DNA of 56,082 nucleotides from a virus. Taxonomy: Duplodnaviria; Caudoviricetes. The stretch covers positions 1-56,082 of the IMG/VR virus record IMGVR_UViG_3300021185_000405, one strand, 5' to 3'. The notes beneath the pieces are model-generated. The model saw nothing but the letters and a program-made list of their open reading frames with translations, was not told the origin of the DNA and searched no databases. Of this stretch, positions 22,484-32,448 are shown one piece after another (positions within the stretch are counted from its first letter, which is position 1; every line of letters starts with the position of its first letter). The translations under genes and the position numbers were made by a program.

Positions 22484-24589
22484 TTATTCCCTGGTACGCT
22501 GTTCTAGTTTAAACGCTGCTAAGGCTAGGTCTGCAGTTCTCTTATCTGGGAATAAACGTCTAAATTGGTTGCCTGTCATAATGGGTATCATCTGTTTACC
22601 GTTTGGATCTCTAATAACAAGTTGATCTATCTGTTCTTTATTGCCTACACCTCGGGTTTGTATTTCTATGTTCCCTGCTATATTACCTGCAACTTCGCTG
22701 TAGTTCTCTCTATTATTTAAAAACCTAGTGCCAAATACTCCATTTGGATCTCTAACGCCTTCTGATACCATGTAAGCTGCTACTAAATCTCCTATTTCTT
22801 GGGTAACTAGTTGAGATGTTGAACCACTTATATTTTCTAAATCGGGTCTTAGTTCTGTACCATTCACACCACCTTTTTTGAAAGCTATATTGATAAGTTT
22901 TTTAAACTTATTCAATTGCATACCGCCCTCTAGTGGGTTTTGGAATGATTTTTGAGTCTCGCCTGTATAATCTTCAAAATAATTTATTTCGGCCGATAGT
23001 TCAACCATTTCATCGAACGCTGCTAAGCCAGCCTCTGTACCTTGTTGTATTAAAGTATTTCTTATTTGAGCATTTTTAGTTCTATTAGCGTCTTCTCTTT
23101 GTATTTGCGCAGCTTTTGTATCTAATCTATCGTATACATTTGTACTTCCGTCATCTGTGTTCATTAAGTTATAAGCAAACTCAAAATTCTTATTAAAGTC
23201 AGATTCACTACCGGCTGCAATCGCGTAAGCTACCGCTGCTTCTTTTCTACCAAATTCTATTTCTGGGTCGTCTGGTATCTTTCTAAAGTCAGAAGGGTCT
23301 TTAATATCGTATCTATTAAACACTTGTTGAGCATTATTTAAGAACGTTTCTTCCATACCTATCTTCATTAGTTCTTCTTTGTTCTCTGTTAAGAAAGTAC
23401 TTATTTCTTCTGCTGAGCCTGTTTTAGGGAATACTAAATCAGTGCCTGCAAACACTTCTGCTTTTGGTGTAGTTCTTTGATACTCTACGCCGTTTTGTGT
23501 CATATTGTCTGGGGCTGCTTCGGTTAGTCGTGTGGTAGTTACTTGTTTACTACCCGCTTTAGCTCTTGGTACGGGCCCTGGTACTTTTTCAGTAGTTTGT
23601 GCTCGTTCTAGTTTTTGTACCCCAGTACTATCACGCAGTTGTTGTTGCTCTTCATTATTTATCCCTGCCTTAATAGCAAGGTAATTTGAAGGAACTAGGC
23701 TTAATATTTGCCTTTGTATGTCACCGCTTTGATCAAAAAACATTCCATCTGCAACCATTTTCATTGCTTGGTCTTTAGTAAGGGTTTGGTTTTGACTGTC
23801 CGCGTCTCTTTGTGCTTGTTCGGTTTTTTCTCGTTGAGAGGAATTATAGTCATCTATAGCATCTTGGGTCATTGAACCAATTGCTACTATTTTTTCAGCT
23901 GCCTCTACAGGTGACATTTTTCCTAACTTAACTTGCTGATCAAAGTAATCTATTTGTTCTTCCGCATCCATTTCTTCTACGGGTTTATTAAGAACGTTAG
24001 TGCCATATTTTTCTTGCGTGGCTAAAAGAGTTTGGCCTCTTTGCCTCAAAGCAGCTGCATTACTATTAAGATCAGTTTTTCTAACCGCAGTATTAAACAA
24101 AGTCCTAAAGCTTTCTGTATCAGAAGTCATAACTACATCATTAGGATCATTACTAAACCCTAAAGTTTTAGGTACTACGCCCTGGTCGCCTTTAATATCA
24201 TAGTGTATATTGCCGTTCTTGGGGTTTATCCTTATGCCTACTACTTCCCCCTCTACTGTTTTACCATCCATGTCAGTGTAAGACCTAGCTGTGCTCAAAC
24301 TGTTTATAAACTCTACCATTGTGTCGTGTTCTTTGGGTTTTACAAACTTCGTACCATCACCCATAAGTTCTAGTTTTGATAAGTCTTTGTCCGGGTTACC
24401 CTCGCCGTACATCATTGTATGAAAGTTTTCTTCGCTTACGTTTGCGTATTTTTTTCCAGTTTCTACTATATCTATATGATCTAAATAAGGAGATAAAGTG
24501 CCCATAAGAACATTAGCTTCAGACTCAGCTCTGTCTTCTGTATCTTTTCTTTCCGCTCTGCTGGCAGCTAACCCTGAAAGATAACTCAT
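22484..24589 (-). CDS. Putative internal virion/ejection protein
   Basis: 701 aa, helical and charged; position before the giant protein. Confidence 0.55.
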   Translation of the reverse strand: MSYLSGLAASRAERKDTEDRAESEANVLMGTLSPYLDHIDIVETGKKYANVSEENFHTMMYGEGNPDKDLSKLELMGDGTKFVKPKEHDTMVEFINSLSTARSYTDMDGKTVEGEVVGIRINPKNGNIHYDIKGDQGVVPKTLGFSNDPNDVVMTSDTESFRTLFNTAVRKTDLNSNAAALRQRGQTLLATQEKYGTNVLNKPVEEMDAEEQIDYFDQQVKLGKMSPVEAAEKIVAIGSMTQDAIDDYNSSQREKTEQAQRDADSQNQTLTKDQAMKMVADGMFFDQSGDIQRQILSLVPSNYLAIKAGINNEEQQQLRDSTGVQKLERAQTTEKVPGPVPRAKAGSKQVTTTRLTEAAPDNMTQNGVEYQRTTPKAEVFAGTDLVFPKTGSAEEISTFLTENKEELMKIGMEETFLNNAQQVFNRYDIKDPSDFRKIPDDPEIEFGRKEAAVAYAIAAGSESDFNKNFEFAYNLMNTDDGSTNVYDRLDTKAAQIQREDANRTKNAQIRNTLIQQGTEAGLAAFDEMVELSAEINYFEDYTGETQKSFQNPLEGGMQLNKFKKLINIAFKKGGVNGTELRPDLENISGSTSQLVTQEIGDLVAAYMVSEGVRDPNGVFGTRFLNNRENYSEVAGNIAGNIEIQTRGVGNKEQIDQLVIRDPNGKQMIPIMTGNQFRRLFPDKRTADLALAAFKLEQRTRE

Positions 24590-25167
24590 ATCATAAACGC
24601 CGCTAAAATTGATGTACCCATACCTATCATATTACTAGAATACCCAGCTTTTGCTTGTTTGTATGCGCCCCTTCTTGCAACCTCTCCTTGGGCGGCTGTG
24701 CCTAAACTAGATAAAGCCCCTGCATTTACGCCTAGCCCTATGCCGGTTATTTCTTGTAGTAAAGATTGGTTTATTTGTCTTTGTTGCACTCTTGCGTTAT
24801 TCACACTTCCAGCTAAAGATAGTTGGCCTTGTCTTTGTGCAGCATTTTGTTGTTCTTGTAGTTGAGCACCAGACAATCCTGCTCCTCCATACCTTTCTAA
24901 ATTTCTTTTCTGAATTTGAGCAGCAATCTCTGTTTGTTGTTTAGTGTTTTCTCTAGTTCGGTCTACTAACTTAGTACTGTCTAGTTTTCCTATTAGTTGA
25001 TTTTCAAAGTCTCTAAAATTATTTATATAACTTGCGTAGTCGTCTCTGAGTATTTGAGCGTACGTTTCGTCTGGGTCGCTTACATTTTGAAGCCCGAGTT
25101 GTGAGAAAGAATCACCCTGCTGGTTTTTCATATATTCTTCCATGCCGTCTGTTAGTCCTCTTATCAT
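24586..25167 (-). CDS. Putative ejection (pilot-like) protein
   Basis: 193 aa, Gln/Ala/Gly-rich with hydrophobic C-terminus MIGMGTSILAAFMI. Confidence 0.55.
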   Translation of the reverse strand: MIRGLTDGMEEYMKNQQGDSFSQLGLQNVSDPDETYAQILRDDYASYINNFRDFENQLIGKLDSTKLVDRTRENTKQQTEIAAQIQKRNLERYGGAGLSGAQLQEQQNAAQRQGQLSLAGSVNNARVQQRQINQSLLQEITGIGLGVNAGALSSLGTAAQGEVARRGAYKQAKAGYSSNMIGMGTSILAAFMI

Positions 25168-25724
25168 CCGAATATACCCACTTTATCGTCATCATTTCTG
25201 CCTTTGTTATAGCCTTGCATTGTTGTATAAGCACTTCCTAAACCAGTGCCTACTTTTTGTAAACCCTTTATCATTCCTGCACTTTTTGTGTAATCTGCTT
25301 TTGCTAAATTTAAAGTGTCTGTTGTAGATATTTTAGAAGCTTGGGCTAAACCTGAAACTGTCTGATTAGCTATACCTGCTCCCGCTTTTACTCCAGAAAC
25401 CTGGTCACTTAGCGCTCCAGTATATCCTTGGGTAGCACCCTGTAATAATTGATCAGAACCAGCCATTACTAAATTAGCCTGGTTGTTTATACTTTGTACT
25501 GCTTGTCTATTTGGATTCATAGTAAGGCCTTGCATGGTATCAGCTGCCGCTCTACCTTCTCCCATAGCTATTAAAGAGTCTTCGTCTCTAAACGCATTAG
25601 CTGTACCCTCTACTATTCTAGGTTTTATTGCTTTGTCAAAAAAATTCTTTTGGGCTAACCCAACAGCTGCGCTTGCCTTATCAGTTTCACTTGCTTGGTA
25701 GTCTGATTTTTTTGGTTTACTCAT
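25164..25724 (-). CDS. Putative ejection protein
   Basis: 186 aa, Ala/Gly/Gln-rich; overlaps both neighbours. Confidence 0.55.
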   Translation of the reverse strand: MSKPKKSDYQASETDKASAAVGLAQKNFFDKAIKPRIVEGTANAFRDEDSLIAMGEGRAAADTMQGLTMNPNRQAVQSINNQANLVMAGSDQLLQGATQGYTGALSDQVSGVKAGAGIANQTVSGLAQASKISTTDTLNLAKADYTKSAGMIKGLQKVGTGLGSAYTTMQGYNKGRNDDDKVGIFG

Positions 25725-26164
25725 TCTACTTTTCTCCTATAAACTCTTGTATCTAAATCCCAACCTCTAGCTATTGCATAAGGTTCTAATTCGGGTACAT
25801 GTGACTGAGCTTCTATGTACTTACACCCGGAGCTTTTAGCTAGCTTATTAATCCAATCTTCATGGGCTAGCCATTCTCCACTGCCTTTACTGTAAGTATA
25901 CGCTATCCACATATACAATGTCTTGTCTTTTGTGTACCTATCGGTTTCGGTAGTAAGTACTAAAAACCCGACTGGAGAGGTAAATAAAAACGCTCTTTCA
26001 TTTACACACTCACTATAAACATCTTCTGGGATAAAGGTTAGACTGGGATTGTCTGCTAATATACTTTCTAAACCTGGTTTTACAATGTTCCACGTGGAAC
26101 GTATATCAGTAAGCACCGGTTCAACAAAGACATTAGTAGTCGATCTCCTTTCCATATCTTCCAT
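25721..26164 (-). CDS. GNAT-fold-like virion assembly protein
   Basis: 147 aa; LYMWIAY, AKSSGCKYIE, GW pattern; position between adaptor and internal proteins. Confidence 0.5.
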   Translation of the reverse strand: MEDMERRSTTNVFVEPVLTDIRSTWNIVKPGLESILADNPSLTFIPEDVYSECVNERAFLFTSPVGFLVLTTETDRYTKDKTLYMWIAYTYSKGSGEWLAHEDWINKLAKSSGCKYIEAQSHVPELEPYAIARGWDLDTRVYRRKVE

Positions 26165-26807
26165 AGCGCCTCCTTGGCTTACCTATTCCTTTGTATTTTA
26201 CTGTTCGTTTTACGCCCAGATCCCCGCCTCTTGCACGAAGTTCTGCCTGCATAATTTCCATATTAAACTGTGCTAAATATTCTCTAGCTGCACCTACATC
26301 GGTCCATTCTCTGTTTGGCATGCGAAGTAGCCTGTATAAAGTGCCATATATTAAAGCATCTCTATATTGATTAGATATTGTAGTATCAATATTGTTTGAA
26401 GTTCTAGATGGTTTTAAAGCTACGCTAGCTAAAACTGGTTCGGAACCACTTGGTACTGGTACTAGCCAAAACGTGCTTGGTGTTTTTTGTAAGTATACGT
26501 GCGGCTGTCCAGTGCGTTCTCTCCAGTCAGGGTAGTTTAGATCTAAACTACGTGGGCTTATTGGATCCATGTCTCTACCGTTGTACGACATTAATAGTAC
26601 TTGATGCACTTCTGTGCCAGTAGGTATATCAAAATCGTATTCGTAAACACCTGAAATGGTGTTAAATGCGTCCATGTCTAATATATATGCTTTAGAACGT
26701 TCGCAAAATTCTATAGTAGCCGAACGTAAGTTAGCCTCAACTAGACTGTCGGGGCAAAAAGGAACGTAAGGTAAAACTTCTTTTACTAAAGAAGAGTAAC
26801 TTGCCAT
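26133..26807 (-). CDS. Head-tail adaptor / tail tubular protein
   Basis: 224 aa; PYVPFCP...IEFCERS and ALIYGTLYRLLRMP..W pattern. Confidence 0.65.
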   Translation of the reverse strand: MASYSSLVKEVLPYVPFCPDSLVEANLRSATIEFCERSKAYILDMDAFNTISGVYEYDFDIPTGTEVHQVLLMSYNGRDMDPISPRSLDLNYPDWRERTGQPHVYLQKTPSTFWLVPVPSGSEPVLASVALKPSRTSNNIDTTISNQYRDALIYGTLYRLLRMPNREWTDVGAAREYLAQFNMEIMQAELRARGGDLGVKRTVKYKGIGKPRRRYGRYGKEIDY

Positions 26808-26808
26808 T

Positions 26809-27546
26809 TTAGCCTCCTTGTCTTGGTGCTGCTACGGGCGGTAGGTTTGGAGCTGCTCCTATATTACTAGTTCTATCATTGTTCGGGCTTAATAGCTCCT
26901 GGGCTTGTGAACCCTGTCCGACACAATTTAAAAACAGTTGGTAATGAGACTGGGCTCTTTGTGCATTACCTGCGTATTCAGAATCTTTTTGGTAAGCTCT
27001 AAATAGAACATAATCTATTATGCCGTTTGCATAAATATCATCTACTGAAATAGTTGCACTACCGTTAGCTAAATCTGTTGGAGAAGCTGAATAAACAATT
27101 TCTACAAATGAATTACCCGCTACGCCTGGGTAGACATAATAATTTCTTGGGTCATCTTCATCAAAAATGTAATGTTTAATTACTGTAGTATGGGCTGCAT
27201 CCCCACCAACACTTGGATCATGCCAGTCGGGTTCTTGTGTGTTTAATATATCAACATTAACAATCCTAACTGATCTTTTACCAGTAGCACTTGCGCTAGC
27301 TGCGGACATATTTCTTACTACTTTAATTAATCTTAGTCCTGCGCTAGGCAGAGTTTGTTTTGTGCCAGTTACGAGTTGTACATTGGCTGTAGTAGCTGAA
27401 GACTCGGGTCTAAAGTTTACAATTTCTCTTTGGCCATCGTTTATATACCTGATTAATTCAGCTTCAGGCCACCTAACGCTGGTGGTGTCTTGTAGGATAT
27501 CTTTAATCCTGCTTAATATATTACTACCTGTAAGTGTCCCGGCCAT
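26809..27546 (-). CDS. Head-tail adaptor (DUF6682-like)
   Basis: 245 aa; LQD...VRWPEAELIRYINDGQREI, YVYP, DYVLFRAYQKD. Confidence 0.7.
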   Translation of the reverse strand: MAGTLTGSNILSRIKDILQDTTSVRWPEAELIRYINDGQREIVNFRPESSATTANVQLVTGTKQTLPSAGLRLIKVVRNMSAASASATGKRSVRIVNVDILNTQEPDWHDPSVGGDAAHTTVIKHYIFDEDDPRNYYVYPGVAGNSFVEIVYSASPTDLANGSATISVDDIYANGIIDYVLFRAYQKDSEYAGNAQRAQSHYQLFLNCVGQGSQAQELLSPNNDRTSNIGAAPNLPPVAAPRQGG

Positions 27547-27556
27547 AATTCATCCT

Positions 27557-27901
27557 CTATTGTGCAGCTTCTAGTTCTGCAATTAAATCTGTTTTTTTCT
27601 TGCGTCTGTCAAGTTCAATGCCTAGGGTGCGTCCATGTTCTTCTAGTTGCGCCTTTGTCATCGCTTCTAAATCTACTGAAGGTGTAGTTGCTTCTATAAC
27701 TTTGTCTAAAATTTCTACAGCTTCTTCTATGACGGGTTCTGCTTTAGCAGTTTTTGCGCCATCTTTTACTTCTGTGCATCCTGCTTGTAAACATAACAAT
27801 CCTAAATCATTTGCTACTTGTTTTGGTTCATTTGCAATTAAATATACACTTGCACCCCAAGTAGAAGCTACTGATTTGTCTTCATTTGATACTATCCACA
27901 T
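27557..27901 (-). CDS. Hypothetical protein with C-terminal Rho-N/HeH-like motif
   Basis: C-terminus LEAMTKAQLEEHGRTLGIELDRRKKKTDLIAEL. Confidence 0.65.
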   Translation of the reverse strand: MWIVSNEDKSVASTWGASVYLIANEPKQVANDLGLLCLQAGCTEVKDGAKTAKAEPVIEEAVEILDKVIEATTPSVDLEAMTKAQLEEHGRTLGIELDRRKKKTDLIAELEAAQ

Positions 27902-27915
27902 AATTTTTACTCCTT

Positions 27916-27946
27916 AAATATGGGTGACTAACATTAGCCACCCATA
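27916..27946 (-). terminator. Hairpin, probable terminator after the major capsid gene
   Basis: Minus strand TATGGGTGGCTAA-TG-TTAGTCACCCATA followed by TTT. Confidence 0.6.
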
Positions 27947-27959
27947 AAATATACCACAA

Positions 27960-29105
27960 TTAATAAGCTACATCTAATCTTATTACACCAAAGTCTTCAG
28001 TCTGTCCTGTGTGGTCAGAATGATAAACTGGCTTTTTAAGACCGAATATTTTACCAATTGAAATACCGTTCTGGTTTCCATAGTCAAATGTGTCTTCAAC
28101 TATTTCTGGAATACCGATATCAGCCATTGCTAGTGCTTGTGCACCTGCGAAGATACATGCAGAACCATTGACATTAGCGTCAGCTCCCCATTTGTACCCA
28201 GCTGAACCAGCATTTGATGATGTTCCAGTAGTAGCTCCGTTTGTGTTAAACACATGTCTGAACTCATGGATCATAACTCCGTCAACCATTAGGCTTGAAG
28301 AACCTGAGAACAAGCTTGAGCTTGGTCCTCTTACTCCAGCTTGTCTTACGTTAGCAAGGAAGTCTGAATCAAGTTTTAGGTCCGCCATTACTTGTGGAGT
28401 AACAAATAGATGGAACATCTCTTCGTTTCCTGCACCTCTTAAGCCTCTGATGTATTGGTCTTTAGCGTAAGCTTTTAGATCAACAATAGCGCCATAGCTT
28501 AGTTTGTCAGCTGCAGCAGTTGCAGTAACATCACCGGCTACGATACCATTAGTAGCATCAAATCTTCTATGTCTATTAGAAGTTGGTGCTGATACATCAC
28601 TTGAGAACTCTAAGTCGTTTAGGTTTTGGCCTGAATTCATTGAAGGTCTTAGAGCTCCATTGTTTTTCAAGTTATACCCAACTCCTGTTAGAGTAAGGAA
28701 TGCTAATTGGTCCATTCTGTCAGCCATTGCATAAGCAAGTGCATCTCTTGAATGTTCCCTAAAGTTTACAACAGATTTCTGGTCGTTCATTCTACCAGAT
28801 AGCCTGTTAGCAAATCTTAGTTGGTCAATTTGCACGACTAAGTCGTACGCTCTTAGGGCCTCTTCATTACCTTCTAGAGTATTGTCACCAACGATACCAT
28901 CACCAGTCATATCGGCTAAAAGTGTTAATACAGCTCTAGCTCCTTTTTCTGATTGAGTAAGTTCAGATATTCTCTGAACCATTGCGTTAGATCCGCTACC
29001 TGCGAATTGGTTAATGAAGGACATATTTCTAGCTACTCGCCAGAAGTCTCTTGACCAGATCGTTAATTGTTCACTGGTTAGAGCAGCAAAGTTTGTATTT
29101 GCCAT
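27960..29105 (-). CDS. Major capsid protein (N4-gp56/DUF4043-like family)
   Basis: 381 aa after portal and scaffold; GDNTLEGNEEAL, IDQLRFANR, FDYGNQ.GISIGKIFGLKK; SD AAGGAG. Confidence 0.9.
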   Translation of the reverse strand: MANTNFAALTSEQLTIWSRDFWRVARNMSFINQFAGSGSNAMVQRISELTQSEKGARAVLTLLADMTGDGIVGDNTLEGNEEALRAYDLVVQIDQLRFANRLSGRMNDQKSVVNFREHSRDALAYAMADRMDQLAFLTLTGVGYNLKNNGALRPSMNSGQNLNDLEFSSDVSAPTSNRHRRFDATNGIVAGDVTATAAADKLSYGAIVDLKAYAKDQYIRGLRGAGNEEMFHLFVTPQVMADLKLDSDFLANVRQAGVRGPSSSLFSGSSSLMVDGVMIHEFRHVFNTNGATTGTSSNAGSAGYKWGADANVNGSACIFAGAQALAMADIGIPEIVEDTFDYGNQNGISIGKIFGLKKPVYHSDHTGQTEDFGVIRLDVAY

Positions 29106-29134
29106 GATAATTTCTCCTTATCATTAAAGTTTAA

Positions 29135-29300
29135 TAACCAGTCGACTTTTGGAGCGACTTTTATCCGTATACCCTATGTCGTTGGGATAACGCTCTCGTA
29201 AGTTACGGGTACGAATCCGGCCAGTTTAACGCCCTGTGCTGGCGAAAGCGTATGTTTTACAGGAACGACCCTGGTAAGATATCGCTCTTACGTGCGAACT
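29135..29300 (-). ncRNA. Structured 5' leader of the major capsid gene (tandem H-type pseudoknot candidates)
   Basis: Three units starting TTCG, each with two interleaved stems (details in findings). Confidence 0.5.
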
Positions 29301-29305
29301 TATTT

Positions 29306-29319
29306 TTAAGATAACACAA
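29306..29319 (-). promoter_or_regulatory. Possible extended -10 promoter for the capsid transcript
   Basis: TTGTGTTATCTT (TGn-TATCTT) directly upstream of the structured leader; a similar TTGTGTTACACT occurs at ~51923 on the plus strand. Confidence 0.3.
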
Positions 29320-29320
29320 T

Positions 29321-30331
29321 TTATCCGAAATCTCCACGCATTCTACGCAAAGTTTCAGCAGGTAAAGCGTCAAACTCATCTATAGACAATTTATCTATAT
29401 CTACTTTCTTGTCGGTTTTATTTTTACCTTTCATAGCAGGCGGTTGTTTTTCAGCCGCTTCTATTTTTCTATTAGTGTTAGCTATTTTCTTTTTCTCTAC
29501 AATTTTTTTATTAACTGGCTTAGCTGCCGGCTCTGTAGTAGCAGCTTTGCCCATAAGAATATTAACTGATTTTTGTAGTGCATCTGCGCCAGTAAACCCT
29601 TGTACTATGTAAGCATCTCTTAGTTCTAAAACTTCGTTTGTTTTATCTTGGTTAAAGTTTGGATCTGCTTGGTTTAGTTCTGGGTAAGTAGCTTCTAACT
29701 CTAATGCTTTTGCTTGTAATTGTTGCTGTTCTGTAGACTGAGCTACTGTCTGCCCCATCTTAGCTTGCATCTCAAACATCATTTGTTGTTTTTCAGCTTG
29801 CCTAATATCGTTTCGTAACTGCGTAGCTTTTGCGTTTTCTCCTTCCATGATTAAGTTTTGGTACTCTAATTCTTTAGCATCAAAATCAAATTCTGGAGCT
29901 TCATTAACGTCTTCTATTTTAGGAGCTAGTGCCTCATCTAGTTTTTTCTGTAAAGCTTTTTGTTTTGCTAATACTTCATCAAACCTAGATTTAGGAATCA
30001 TTGGTTCTTTTTGAGCAAGTCCTGTCTCATCTGGTCCCTCAGATTGTTGTGTATCTTCCTCATCTTCTGCCAGTAGCTCTTCTTCTGCTGTATCTTCTCC
30101 GTCTTCGTCTTCAGCTTCAGCCTCTTCCTCTTCTGGCTCCTCTTCAAGCTCTTCAGATGATTCTTCTTCAACTTCAACATCCTCATCGGTTTCCTCCTCC
30201 TGGGTTTCTTCTGGGGTTTCAAAATTCATATCGACCTCAAATACTTCATTGTCTTCTGCGGTCTTTGGGTCTGCTCCGGGCATGCCCTCTAACACGACAT
30301 CTAATTCTGCTTCTTGGTTGTTCTTAGCCAT
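29321..30331 (-). CDS. Capsid scaffolding protein
   Basis: 336 aa, extremely acidic N-terminal third, IPKSRFDEV then coiled coil; lies between portal and capsid. Confidence 0.8.
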   Translation of the reverse strand: MAKNNQEAELDVVLEGMPGADPKTAEDNEVFEVDMNFETPEETQEEETDEDVEVEEESSEELEEEPEEEEAEAEDEDGEDTAEEELLAEDEEDTQQSEGPDETGLAQKEPMIPKSRFDEVLAKQKALQKKLDEALAPKIEDVNEAPEFDFDAKELEYQNLIMEGENAKATQLRNDIRQAEKQQMMFEMQAKMGQTVAQSTEQQQLQAKALELEATYPELNQADPNFNQDKTNEVLELRDAYIVQGFTGADALQKSVNILMGKAATTEPAAKPVNKKIVEKKKIANTNRKIEAAEKQPPAMKGKNKTDKKVDIDKLSIDEFDALPAETLRRMRGDFG

Positions 30332-32447
30332 TATCGGTACCTCCTGTTTTGTCTAAGTTTTTCATTGCTTCGGTAGCCATCTTAGCTGCCGCCGCTGTGT
30401 CACTCTGTTCCTTACGCATTTCGTTTGTCAATTGCGACAATCTTTCACGTAAATCGAGCTCTTCACGTTTACCTTGAATTTTACTTTGTAATTCAGCAAT
30501 CTTCAACTGTGGTTCGCTTTCTATCTGATCTACTTTAGCAACATTTACTGCTGCTTGTGTCTGTAAGTTAGCTACTTCTGCTTCTAGTTTAGCAATTTCA
30601 AGCTGCGTACTTCTGATTTGTGATTCCATTTGGAATTTTTGTAGTTGTATCTGTTCTTGCGTTGGAGGCGCATTACCCTCCATTTTTCTAATTCTATCCG
30701 CAACATCTGCTTTACGCGATAAATGTGAATACTCTACTATCATGTCGTTTGGTATAGGTACTCCAGCCTGGCGTAGAGAAATAGCTTCTGCAAACTGCAT
30801 CTCATCAAAGTTATCTCTAGCAGGTGCGCTTGATACTACAACATCGTATTCGCCTAGTTGTAGGTCATTTACAACTTCTCCTTCTGGTGTCATTTCATTT
30901 ACTCGCAAAGGCACTCTTGATTTATAAGGGTCAGATTCATCTGTTATTTGTATAACTCTTTCTTCTGTATAAAAACTTTGCACTAGGCTTAAAATAGACT
31001 CTGCTAAATACTGCCTAGTTTTTGCTAAGTTAGTAAGAGGCACTTGCAACATAGTAGAGCCTCTGTTTTGTTTCTGTTGTATAGCTACACCAGATACTTC
31101 TGCGCTATCCATACCTAACATTGCATCTGTAATACCGCTGATTTGTTTAATATTAGCTGCTGCTTTTTGTCCTAGTCTATCTAGTCCAGTAGGTATTTGG
31201 TTAGGCGGTATTTTTGCCGGTGGTGTAGACCCACGGTTAAATTCTAATACTAAGCCAGTTTCTGCTCCGTGTTCTTCTAGATCGTCTGCAGTCATGCCCG
31301 CAAGCGAACCGTTTTCTACAATCCAACCGCTGTTTGCAGTTGTATTTACTATATGCAATTCTTGTGATGTTATTTTGTTTAGTTGTTCCTGCGGTGACAA
31401 CAAGTTACGGACCATGCCGAACGGTTTTCCTCTACGAAAGTATGGAAAATACGGAACGATAGTAAAATTTTTATACGGGGACCAATCATCAAAAAGAACT
31501 ACAGTATCTGCAGTTACAGTCCACCTTACTTTTCTAACTGTCTTAGTCATTATGTCTAAGCCAAACTGGTCCGCAAACTCTTCTCTTTTTTTCTTGCTCC
31601 AATTATAAGGGACGTCGCGCATGTCACCAGTAACAGGGTCTAAGTAAAACATACAATCTTTTAGCCTATAATACTGTCGTTCTATTACTCTTATAGCCCT
31701 AAGCATTCGTGCGTTCTCTGGATCCCCAGGGAACTGTTGTCCGTAATTGTGTTCGTCTGTATCTCCATATCTTTCTTCTTCGTATTCCATAGAGTCAGCG
31801 CCTAAAGTAGTACCTGTTTCAGCTAGCATTCTTAATTTATCTGCTTTGTCTTGACCGTACACTTCTTCTACTTCATCTATACTCATCCACTTGCTTTCAA
31901 ATATTTCGTTCCAAGTTCTTGGGTCATAATGTTTTGCGTCGGGGTCGATAAGAATGTCTAAAGGGTCTTTTGCTTCTACTCTTACTTCACCCTGTACGTG
32001 GTCAGAAAAATCTATACGTACATCAAAATATCCTCTGTCTTGTATTAACCCGTCAGAAAACACTTGGTTTTCTATCCACTCTAGTTTGTTATTGTCTGCT
32101 ATTTGAGAATAAACCTGGGTTAAAACATCTGCAGTTTTTTGATTGCCCCCACCTCTAGGTTTAAATTGTATGTCTGCTTTTTTCGTGCTTTGTTCCCCTA
32201 ACACGGCATTAATTGTAGGGAGTATTGTATTTATAGTTAGTGCGGGCCTACCCTGATCGTCGAGTTGTTGCATGTCAAACTCATCCCACTGGTCCCCTCT
32301 ATAATACATGTCACATTTTTTAGCCATGTCTATGTATTCTTCATGGCCGCTGTCGCGGGCTCTGGTGTAGCAATCCCACTGGCTTTTTGCTAGAGACAAC
32401 TCTTCCGCTTTGTTAAGATTTTTCTTTATTTTTTTCTTATATGCCAT
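30324..32447 (-). CDS. Portal protein (P22-like)
   Basis: Likely start MAYKKK at 32447; YYRGDQW, GRPALTIN.I.P, PYFPY, L.PQE.LNK, SGVAI; follows TerL. Confidence 0.9.
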   Translation of the reverse strand: MAYKKKIKKNLNKAEELSLAKSQWDCYTRARDSGHEEYIDMAKKCDMYYRGDQWDEFDMQQLDDQGRPALTINTILPTINAVLGEQSTKKADIQFKPRGGGNQKTADVLTQVYSQIADNNKLEWIENQVFSDGLIQDRGYFDVRIDFSDHVQGEVRVEAKDPLDILIDPDAKHYDPRTWNEIFESKWMSIDEVEEVYGQDKADKLRMLAETGTTLGADSMEYEEERYGDTDEHNYGQQFPGDPENARMLRAIRVIERQYYRLKDCMFYLDPVTGDMRDVPYNWSKKKREEFADQFGLDIMTKTVRKVRWTVTADTVVLFDDWSPYKNFTIVPYFPYFRRGKPFGMVRNLLSPQEQLNKITSQELHIVNTTANSGWIVENGSLAGMTADDLEEHGAETGLVLEFNRGSTPPAKIPPNQIPTGLDRLGQKAAANIKQISGITDAMLGMDSAEVSGVAIQQKQNRGSTMLQVPLTNLAKTRQYLAESILSLVQSFYTEERVIQITDESDPYKSRVPLRVNEMTPEGEVVNDLQLGEYDVVVSSAPARDNFDEMQFAEAISLRQAGVPIPNDMIVEYSHLSRKADVADRIRKMEGNAPPTQEQIQLQKFQMESQIRSTQLEIAKLEAEVANLQTQAAVNVAKVDQIESEPQLKIAELQSKIQGKREELDLRERLSQLTNEMRKEQSDTAAAAKMATEAMKNLDKTGGTDNG

Positions 32448-32448
32448 A

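Noticed and set aside
30001-30260. Low-complexity TCTTC repeats
   Set aside because: Explained by the poly-Glu acidic region of the scaffold protein.
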